From NCBI GenBank assembly GCA_964016885.1, contig OZ024740.1:265484001-265548000 (forward strand): a stretch of 64,000 nucleotides of DNA, given 5' to 3'. Origin of the DNA: Eledone cirrhosa. Lineage: Eukaryota. Both the position numbers and the translations under genes were made by a program. How positions within the stretch are numbered: position 1 is the first letter of the stretch; every line of letters starts with the position of its first letter. The notes under the pieces are model-generated. The model saw only the letters and a program-made list of their open reading frames with translations. It searched no databases and had not been told where the DNA came from. Shown piece after piece: positions 53,098-64,000 of this stretch.

Positions 53098-53386
53098 ACA
53101 GACTAAATAAAGATGGCGTAAGCATAGAATGCAACGGGAGGAAACATAATAGCACCACTAACGATGTTGCAGTTGTGCAACGAAAGAACTTTCTTAGACT
53201 ATATATATGTGTTTGTGTCTATATTGTATCTGAATTTTTGACCGTTGGTCAGTCAATGGCAACATTGAGGACCGAATAAATTAAATTAACCGATATAAAA
53301 GACACAGAAGCGAGAACCAACCAAACAGTGAGTGTGTTCTGTTATTAATTCTTGAAATATTATTACACAAATATGACCCTCCCCAA

Positions 53387-53388
<2 letters not shown>
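50855..53388 (-). mobile_element. Penelope-like element: 5'-truncated RT-thumb + GIY-YIG + pLTR, with an inverted shorter copy at its 5' side
   Basis: Minus 51500-52440: LPVLDTELW...KPMASKYLILKNSAM...FVDATPGG...CIIC...VVYSIRC...YIGETARS. Plus 52560-53388 repeats the GIY-YIG and pLTR. Mutated hammerhead cores near 51110-51135 (TTGACGA) and 53158 (CTAACGA). Confidence 0.9.
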
Positions 53389-53451
<63 letters not shown>

Positions 53452-53559
53452 GAAAAAATTTATATATAGAGAAAAAATTTACGTTGAGCAATCTCTGACG
53501 TCAGTTGACTACATCCAATGCAACTACTTAGTAACATTGGAATACAGATTAACTAATTA

Positions 53560-53601
<42 letters not shown>

Positions 53602-53704
53602 AATATTATATATATAATATGTAGATTCCCGAGTTGTGTCGGGTGGGTAACTTCAGTTAACAAAAATAGTCAATACATTGATAAAATATAGGCTTTTTTG
53701 ATTT

Positions 53705-53823
53705 TATATAGAAATTATTTCTTCGGGTCTAGAACTGTTACATTCGTGTGAAATCACCAAGAATGTCATGATGATTTCATACGAATGAAACAGCTCTAGT
53801 CCTTTAGAAGTCACTTCTATATA
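53705..53823. repeat. ~120-bp imperfect palindrome made of two decayed hammerhead-like arms
   Basis: CTAGAACTGTTACATTCGTGTGAAATCACCA versus TGATGATTTCATACGAATGAAACAGCTCTAG. Confidence 0.6.
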
Positions 53824-53825
53824 AC

Positions 53826-53930
<105 letters not shown>

Positions 53931-54269
53931 TGCGGCTACACCGAGAGTTGTCAAGTAAATCTACAGGAAGATAAAAAATGTTAATATCTCAGCACTCGGG
54001 AGTAGTTATGGCCGCTCTTACGAACTCTAAAGACATTCAAATGCAACCACCATTCCTACCCTTGTGCATATCTTATTTACTCACAGCGAGATGAAATGTC
54101 TGCTTATTATATGTATTGACCCGAAACTTCTAGTGTACAGTCGCCTTATTGACATTTGACTTTACTTGAGTATTTTAAAACCAGCGGAGTCCATGCCTTT
54201 CCATGACTGAACATAGCGGATTTCGTCCAGAGAAGGAGAGAGATGAGATTAGTTGTAGTGGGAGAATCT

Positions 54270-54415
54270 ACCTACGTACTAGACTGGTACTATTTATCGT
54301 CATCAAATGGATGAAAGAGAAAGTTGTACGTAGCGTGATTTGAAATCAGAGTTCAAAGAGCCGGAACAAACACCACGAATCTAACGATTTAACCACTCTG
54401 CCGATTCGCTGCCGA
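54270..54415 (-). mobile_element. Old main-family SINE (similar relics near 36655-36800 and 41150-41310)
   Basis: CTGGTACTATTTATCG...GGATGAAAGAGAAAGTTG...GATTTGAAATCAG. Confidence 0.55.
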
Positions 54416-54529
54416 ATGGTTTATTATAAGTCAGCATAATATATATGGATTCCTATACACTTTTATTGTGAATCACGCAGAGCATTTGCAAATTAGAAAC
54501 TGTAACAGACATAAGTATTCATGCACACA

Positions 54530-54615
<86 letters not shown>

Positions 54616-55011
54616 AACACACACATATATATATATATAATTACCAGCATATGCAGAAATCGATAAACAAATGGATGTGTGTGTGTGTGTTTGTGTGTGT
54701 GCGTACAGGTGTGCGTACAGGTGTGTGAGCATGCATGTATGTGTTTGCTCGCAGGTGTGTGTATGATCTTTATGTTATACACAGGGGTATATTATTTCTG
54801 ACATAATAGCTTCATGACCATGTAGAAATTAGTCATGCGATTAATGTTATTTCAGGAAACTAGGTTGAGCTCTTACACAACAGGTCTTCATTATACGTAG
54901 AAGAATATACTTGTATTACTCGATTAAATTATTCCAGGAGACCCGCAGAAAAACAAAAAGTGATAGAGAATGTGAAGAGCACACTCACACACACGCGCGT
55001 ACACACACACA

Positions 55012-55068
<57 letters not shown>

Positions 55069-55179
55069 ACACACACACACATGTAATATATATATATAGT
55101 TAGATTATATGAGTTGATGATACAACTGTATAAGGCATTCAGATATTTAAAGCTCTAATGTAATTTTATCCACAACGCA

Positions 55180-55272
<93 letters not shown>

Positions 55273-55278
55273 GGAAAA

Positions 55279-55607
55279 GAATGACTTCACTTGTAGTGTT
55301 AAATAATTTGATTTAATTTTATAATATAATATTATGAGTTGGTAGATCTAGTAAGTTCTTTGTTAACTTCGGTGGGAAGAAGTTTAAAGATTCCTGGTTA
55401 ACTTTTCTTGGAGAACTTTATCGCATTCGTCTGTGGCGATTGTCAAACTGAGATCAGGTTGTGTTAAGATGTGTGACTATATATATATATAAGAGAGATT
55501 TGGATGTGTCTGGGGTGCGGTGTTAATGAGTGTTGATGATGATGAAGATTTGGAGGAATTAAAGCACACACACACACACACACACATACATACACACACG
55601 CACACAC

Positions 55608-55695
<88 letters not shown>

Positions 55696-55945
55696 ACACA
55701 CATATACACACACATATATACACTCAGAAAATGGTGAGGTTGCAAGATAAGGGTGTTTGAGAAGGTGGTTGTAAACATCCTCTCCTCCTGGTTTTATTTC
55801 ATTAGCTGACCTTTGATGAGTATATAATGGCATAACTGAATTCTTCCCACCGAAGTTAACAAAGAACTTACTAGATCTACCAACTCATAATATTATAATA
55901 TTATGAAATTAAATCAAATTATTTAATATTACAAGTGAAGTCATT
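55279..55945. repeat. ~105-bp near-perfect inverted repeats enclosing ~460 bp
   Basis: 55279-55381 versus 55841-55945. Confidence 0.85.
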
Positions 55946-57413
55946 TTTTTCATTTTTTTCAAATATACCTAACTGTACCAAGGATCTCACACATTATCCA
56001 ATATATATATATATATTGAACTTTACGGATGATCTATGTTGTAAACTCTGGACCGAATTACTATCTACGGATAATCCACTATCTTTATAACTCCTAGACA
56101 TTCGAGGCATATGAAACCGATTGGACTAACCTCTACGGTAGATACACATATGTAGTGACTCCTCGCCCGATGTGTGTTTTTTTCAGGAACTAAACCATTT
56201 TTGTTATGTATTTTTGCTTAACCCCGCTCATGCATTAACCCCGTTTTGCTCATGCATTAACCCCGTTTTGCTTGTGTTTTGCTTGTGTTTGACCATAGAA
56301 AATTAGATCAATTTTACGACTTCGAAGATTAAAGGAATAGCTGGCTAATTTATCTAATTAGTAATAACTCATAAAAAGCAAACGGTTTACATGCTGATAA
56401 GAATGCGAAAGGAATGGATTATGACACAGGAAGTAAGATTTAAATAAGTCAAGACAGCAATGTAGTTTCACAACTCTATGAAAAACATTTCAATTCACTT
56501 AACTTAAGAAATCTTAATGGGAATGGCATGGACGTTACAACTCTTCTTTCGTTAGGGACGCTATAATTTGACAAAGGAACCTATAGGCTAATTAAGTATT
56601 CCAGTTTTATTATACTTCTATATGTTTCAGCACTTGTCATTTCTCCCAATCAATTCTTTAGAAAAAAATAAGTAAATAATATATTTAGAAAAAGGTCGTC
56701 TTTTGAACATAGCAACACACTCATTAAAAAAAAACAGTAAGAAGTTTCTGCTTTGAGTATTTCTTGTTACTCTGTACGAAAATTGAATGCACAGGCGCCA
56801 AAGTGGTTTCATAACACATAAGTTTTATTTTTCTTACGTTTTTTTCTTTATTAGTGTAGAACAAAAAAGCGAGCGACTCTAACTGCACCTGATGAATAAA
56901 TATATGAAAATGTCCTTCGAGGAAGTGATTAGATATAAAGAACTAACAAATCTTCAGTAATATATTTTTTCCAATTTCTGGTTTCTTAACTTCGTTCGTT
57001 TATTTATTTTGTTGTTTTCTTTGGTAATATATTTTTTTTATGTATTTAGGTTCTTTCTATATAGTGTGTGCATGGTGTGGAGGGTATTATATTTATAGGA
57101 ATTTAGATTTCTTTGCTGTAATGAAAGGGAGAGATATTTTATTGCATAGAAGGTTTTAAGGCAGCAAAGAAGAAATGGATCAGTTTATGGCAGAGGAGGA
57201 CAAAGCGCATTTGCAGGTAGAATTATCATTCATATATGTATGTGTTTGTCTGTGTGTTTGTAGGTTTGTATAAGTGCTAGTGTGTGTATATACGTTAACA
57301 TACGATCCTGTATGCTATAAAATATGCAACATATACTTTCATACAAATGTGCATGCGCCTGTAAATGTGAATGAGTATGAGTTTTATGCGTGTTAGTTTG
57401 AGTTCATATGAGC

Positions 57414-57474
<61 letters not shown>

Positions 57475-58078
57475 TTCATAAATGCATTACTTTTCTGAAC
57501 TTAAGCTACAATACGTAAATATATATATGGAAACAGCAATAACGGCGCCATCTTGGAATGCAGCTTTAAGACTAAATAATCGTGAACCAGATAGAGAAAA
57601 TAGCAAAGGGAGAGAGAAAAAAAAAGATACTAAGAAACACAAGATAATAAAATAAAAAGATCAAGCGATAATTGATAAAGAAGGAAAGAAAATAAGAAAA
57701 GTAGAAGAAATCACCCGAATTAAAACAAAAGCGATAATGGAAGTACGATAATGGCTTACAAGGCAGGGGCGTATTTAAGATGGTTGGTGTCGGTGCAAGA
57801 AGAGAAATAAATCTTTCAAAGTAGCATGAGTAAAGTGTTGTGCGAAAATAACACGGCATTGTAGAGAAACTTGCTTCTAGCAGAACGTTGAGAAAGTTCC
57901 CATGCATGATTCCGCTTTAGTTTGCCATATCCTAACATTATATTTTGACACTATTTATTATTATCCAAACATATTTCTCGTCGTTTTCATTCGGCCCCGC
58001 TCTTCAAATACACACTTTGTACGCTTCCATATATTTCCTCGTCGTATCTATCTATCGGTCTCCCGCTCACCACCCACC

Positions 58079-58111
<33 letters not shown>

Positions 58112-58118
58112 AATATAT

Positions 58119-58164
<46 letters not shown>

Positions 58165-58218
58165 ATGTGTGTATGTATTTATTTAGCAACCTCTCTGTAT
58201 ATATATGTATAGTATATA

Positions 58219-58250
<32 letters not shown>

Positions 58251-58878
58251 CATATATATATATATACATATGTATATATATACATATATATATATAGATA
58301 TGTATATACATATATATATATATACATATATGCCCAACATTCTATTTATGTCCCTTTCTCACAGCAATTTTTCCATATTATTTTAGTTATAACCTATTAT
58401 ATACACTTTATATTTCTGCCTTTTCTCTCTCACTTCCTCTTGCATTCACTTTCACTCTCTTGCATCTCGTTTTGTCTTTCTGTATATCTCTTCATCTCTC
58501 TTTCGCTGCATTTCTCTCTCCGTACATCTCTGTGTCTATCTACCTTGGTCTTTCCTTGTCTTTATACTTCCACTGACTCTTTTCATTTGTTTTATACACG
58601 CTGTCTGTAAATGTTTTTTCCTCAATGACTAACTATATCAACATTTCTAAAACTTACTGTTTTTATGGTGCCGTGCATCTCCATTTTTTCTTCTCTTCTC
58701 CCTTACATATTTAACTATTATTCTTTCACTATCTCTGATTCTTTGTCTTCAGTTCTATGTTGCTTTCTATCTCTCAAATTTTCACTTCTAATATTCCTCT
58801 TACTACAATTTTCAAAATGTAACTCAGTCTTCTACATACATTTTTATATATTTTTCTTTCTTTTTTACTGCGATCCTC

Positions 58879-58944
<66 letters not shown>

Positions 58945-58947
58945 TTA

Positions 58948-59010
<63 letters not shown>

Positions 59011-59136
59011 GTATATATATATATGTCTGTGTATATATGTGTGTATATATATATATATATGTGTATATATATATAAACATACATGTATATATATATATAC
59101 ATATATATATATACATACACACACGCACAGAGGCAC

Positions 59137-59224
<88 letters not shown>

Positions 59225-59340
59225 AAACAATCTCTTCCCTCGTCTCAGATGCTGTTACAGTCATAGTCTCCTTTTCCAATGTCATATATTAATTTTTACA
59301 TTTCTCTTATTTTCATACTTTCTGTCTGAATCCTCCCTCA

Positions 59341-62300
59341 TATCGTCTGCTGTTTCTATCCACCTAGCCAACACTTACCGTCTGCTGTTTTTATCCACCT
59401 AGCCAACACTTATCGTCTGCTGTTTCTATCCACCTAGCCAACACTTATCGTCTGCTGTTTCTATCCACCTAGCCAACACTTACCGTCTGCTGTTTCTATC
59501 CACCTAGCCAACACTTATCGTCTGCTGTTTCTATCCACCTAGCCAACACTTACCGTCTGCTGTTTTTATCCACCTAGCCAACACTTACCGTCTGCTGTTT
59601 TTATCCACCTAGCCAACACTTATCGTCTGCTGTTTCTATCCACCTAGCCAACACTTATCGTCTGCTGTTTCTATCCACCTAGCCAACACTTACCGTCTGC
59701 TGTTTCTATCCACCTAGCCAACACTTATCGTCTACTGTTTCTATCCACCTAGCCAACACTTATCGTCTGCTGTTTCTATCCACCTAGCCAACACTTATCG
59801 TCTGCTGTTTCTATCCACCTAGCCAACACTTATCGTCTGCTGTTTCTATCCACCTAGCCAACACTTATCGTCTGCTGTTTCTATCCACCTAGCCAACACT
59901 TATCGTCTGCTGTTTCTATCCACCTAGCCAACACTTATCGTCTGCTGTTTCTATCCACCTAGCCAACACTTATCGTGTGCTGTTTATATCCACCTAGCCA
60001 ACACTTATCGTCTGCTGTTTCTATCCACCTAGCCAACACTTATCGTCTGCTGTTTCTATCCACCTAGCCAACACTTATCGTCTGCTGTTTCTATCCGCCG
60101 AGCCAACACTTATCGTCTGCTGTTTCTATCCAACTTGCCAACACTTATCGTCTGCTGTTTCTATCCACCTAGCCAACACTTATCGTCTGCTGTTTTTATC
60201 CACCTAGCCAACAATTATCGTCTGCTGTTTCTATCCACCTAGCCAACACTTATCGCCTGCTGCTTCTATCCACCTAGCCAACACTTATCGTCTGCTGTTT
60301 CTATCCACTCAGACAACACTTATCGTCTGCTGCTTCTATCCACCTAGCCAACACTTATCAACTGCTGTTTCTATCCACCTAGCCAAAACTTATCGTCTGC
60401 TTTTTCTATCCACCTAGCCGACACTTATCGTCTGCTGTTTCTATCCACCTAGCCAACACTTATCGTCTGCTGTTTCTCTCTACCTAGCCAACACTTATCG
60501 TCTGCGGTTTCTATCCACCTAGCCAACACTTATCGTCTGCTGTTTCTATCCACCTAGCCAACACATATCGTCTGCTGTTTCTATCTGACTTGTCAACACT
60601 TATCGTCTGCTATTTCTATCCACCTTGCCAACACTTATCGTCTGCTGTTTCTATCCGCCTTGCCAACACTTATCGTCTGCTGTTTCTATCCACCTAGCCA
60701 ACACTTATCGTCTGCTGTTACTAGCCACCTAGCCAACACTTATCGTCTATTGTTTCTATCCACCTAGCCAACACTTATCGTCTGCTGTTTCTATCCACCT
60801 AGCCAACACTTATCGTGTGCTGTTTCTATCCACTCAGCCAACACTTATCGTCTGCTGTTTCTATCCACCTAGCCAAGACTTATCGTCTGCTGCTTCTATC
60901 CACCTAGCCAACACTTATCGTCTGCTGTTTCTATCCACCTAGCCAACACATATCGTCTGCTGTTTCTATCTGACTTGCCAACGCTTATCGTCTGCTATTT
61001 CTATCCACCTTGCCAACACTTATCGTCTGCTGTTTCTATCCGCCTTGCCAACACTTATAGTCTGCTGTTTCTATCCACCTAGCCAACACTTATCGTCTGC
61101 TGTTACTAGCCACCTAGCCAACACTTATCGTCTATTGTTTCTATCCACCTAGCCAACACTTATCGTCTGCTGTTTCTATCCACCTAGCCAACACTTATCG
61201 TGTGCTGTTTCTATCCACTCAGCCAACACTTATCATCTGCTGTTTCTATCCACCTAGCCAAGACTTATCGTCTGCTGTTTCTATCCACCTAGCCAACACT
61301 TATCGTCTGCTGTTTCTATCCACCTAGCCAACACTTATCGTCTGCTGTTTCTATCCACTCAGCCAACACTTATCGTCTGCTGTTTCTATCCATTCAGCCA
61401 ACACTTATCGTCTGCTGTTTCTATCCACCTAGCCAACACTTACCGTCTGCTGTTTCTATCCATTCAGCCAACACTTATCGTCTGCTGTTTCTATCCACCT
61501 AGCCAACACTTATCGTCTGCTGTTTCTATCCACCTAGCCAACACTTATCTTCTGATGTGTCTATCCATTCAGCCAACACTTATCGTCTGCTGTTTCTATC
61601 CACCTAGCCAACACTTATCGTCTGCTGTTTCTATCCACCTAGCCAACACTTATCTTCTGATGTGTCTATCCATTCAGCCAACACTTATCGTCTGCTGTTT
61701 CTATCCACCTAGCCAACACTTATCGTCTGCTGTTTCTATCCACCTAGCCAACACTTATAGTCTGCTGTTTCTATCCACGTGGCCAACACTTATCGTCTGC
61801 TGTTTCTATCCAATTAGCCAACACTTATCGTCTGCTGTTTCTATCCACCTAGCCAACACTTATCGTCTGCTGTTTCTATCCACCTAGCCAACACTTATCG
61901 TCTGCTGTTACTATCCAACTAGCCAACACTTATCGTCTGCTGTTTCTATCCACTCAGCCAACACTTATCGTCTGCTGTTTCTATCCACCTAGCCAACACT
62001 TATTGTCTGCTGTTTCTATCCACCTAGCCAACACTTATCTTCTGATGTGTCTATCCATTCAGCCAACACTTATCGTCTGCTGTTTCTATCCACCTAGCCA
62101 ACACTTATTGTCTTCTGATTCTATCCACCTAGCCAACACTTATCGCCTGCTGTCTCTATCCACCTAACCAACACTTATCGCCTGCTGTTTCTATCCACCT
62201 AACCAACACTTATCGTCTGCTGTTTCTATCCACCTAGCCAACACTTATCGTCTGCTGTTTCTATCCGCCTTGCCAACACTTATCGTCTGCTGTTTCTATC

Positions 62301-64000
62301 CACCTAGCCAACACTTACCGTCTGCTGTTTCTATCCACCTAGCCAACACTTATCTTCTGATGTGTCTATCCATTCAGCCAACACTTATCGTCTGCTGTTT
62401 CTATCCACCTAGCCAACACTTATCGTCTGCTGTTTCTATCCACCTAGCCAACACTTATAGTCTGCTGTTTCTATCCACGTGGCCAACACTTATCGTCTGC
62501 TGTTTCTATCCAATTAGCCAACACTTATCGTCTGCTGTTTCTATCCACCTAGCCAACACTTATCGTCTGCTGTTTCTATCCACCTAGCCAACACTTATCG
62601 TCTGCTGTTACTATCCAACTAGCCAACACTTATCGTTTGCTGTTTCTATCCACTCAGCCAACACTTATCGTCTGCTGTTTCTATCCACCTAGCCAACACT
62701 TATTGTCTGCTGTTTCTATCCACCTAGCCAACACTTATCTTCTGATGTGTCTATCCATTCAGCCAACACTTAACGTCTGCTGTTTCTATCCACCTAGCCA
62801 ACACTTATTGTCTTCTGATTCTATCCACCTAGCCAACACTTATCGCCTGCTGTCTCTATCCACCTAACCAACACTTATCGCCTGCTGTTTCTATCCACCC
62901 AACCAACACTTATCGTCTGCTGTTTCTATCCACCTAGCCAACACTTATCGTCTGCTGTTTCTATCCGCCTTGCCAACACTTATCGTCTGCTGTTTCTATC
63001 CACCTAGCCAACACTTACCGTCTGCTGTTTCTATCCACTCAGCCAACACTTATCGTCTGCGGTTTCTATCCACCTAGCCAACACTTATCGTCTGCTGTTT
63101 CTATCCACCTAGCCAACACTTATCGTCTGCTGTTTCTATCCGCCTTGCCAACACTTATCGTCTGCTGTTTCTATCCACCTAGCCAACACTTATCGTCTGC
63201 TGTTTTTATCCATTCAGCCAAAACTTATCGTCTGCTGTTTCTATCCACCTAGCCGACACTTATCGTCTGCTGTTTCTATCCACCTAGCCAACACTTATCG
63301 TCTGCTGTTTCTCTCTACCTAGCCAACACTTATCGTCTGCTGTTTCTATCCACCTAGACAACACTTATCGTCTGCGGTTTCTATCCACCTAGCCAACACT
63401 TATCGTCTGCTGTTTCTATCCACCTAGCCAACACATATCGTCTGCTGTTTCTATCTGACTTGCCAACACTTATCGTCTGCTATTTCTATCCACCTTGCCA
63501 ACACTTATCGTCTGCTGTTTCTATCCGCCTTGCCAACACTTATCGTCTGCTGTTTCTATCCACCTAGCCAACACTTATCGTCTGCTGTTACTAGCCACCT
63601 AGCCAACACTTATCGTCTATTGTTTCTATCCACCTAGCCAACACTTATCGTCTGCTGTTTCTATCCACCTAGCCAACACTTATCGTGTGCTGTTTCTATC
63701 CACTCAGCCAACACTTATCGTCTGCTGTTTCTATCCACCTAGCCAACACTTATCGTCTGCTGTTTCTATCCACCTAGCCAACACTTATCGTCGGCTGTTT
63801 CTATCCACCTAGCCAACACTTATCGTCTACTGTTTCTATCCGCCGAGCCAACACTTATCGTCTGCTGTTTCTATCCAACTTGCCAACACTTATCGTCTGC
63901 TGTTTCTATCCACCTAGCCAACACTTATCGTCTGCTGTTTTTATCCACCTAGCCAACACTTATCGTCTGCTGTTTCTATCCACCTAGCCAACACTTATCG
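59341..64000. repeat. 35-bp satellite array (about 133 units, continues past the window end)
   Basis: Unit TATCGTCTGCTGTTTCTATCCACCTAGCCAACACT with strict 35-bp phase. Confidence 0.98.

Noticed and set aside
56885-56925. CTGATGA...GAAA hammerhead-like string
   Set aside because: Only a 3-bp AT helix II and no helix I or III pairing; expected by chance in AT-rich DNA.
57764-58019. Possible hAT-type MITE (CAGGGGCGTATTTAAG ... CTTCAAATACACACTTTG)
   Set aside because: TIR match too degenerate and no TSD seen.
59341-64000. CRISPR-like regular 35-bp repeats and Cys-rich repeat ORFs (61555-62867)
   Set aside because: Units are head-to-tail with no unique spacers and no cas genes; the ORFs arise from variants that remove the TAG in the unit.

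Overview
AT-rich, microsatellite-saturated animal DNA with no confidently identifiable host exon. The tRNA-derived SINE families and repeat landscape suggest a mollusc, probably an octopus; this is inference. The window is almost entirely mobile elements. (1) A full-length ~5.8 kb Tx1/L1-clade non-LTR retrotransposon (27385-33208, minus) has ORF1 and ORF2 fused into one 1794-aa frame. It sits inside a (TCTA)n/(GATA)n microsatellite, in tandem with a diverged truncated relative, and a third 3'-end remnant also abuts (GATA)n, which points to a tetranucleotide-microsatellite-targeting family. (2) A Penelope-like element (PLE) with RT-thumb and GIY-YIG remnants is accompanied by several unrelated non-coding tandem/inverted repeat families carrying type I hammerhead ribozyme motifs (retrozyme-like), two with a U3-A8 compensated core. 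(3) There are decayed RTE LINEs, two with 5' inversions, plus a CRE-like RLE fragment, a decayed hAT transposase, MITEs and Helitron-like ends. (4) Many SINEs occur, some stacked at one target site. (5) A 35-bp satellite with nested higher-order duplications fills the last 4.6 kb. Most ORFs in the supplied track are microsatellite artefacts. Coordinates were read by eye and may be off by a few bases.
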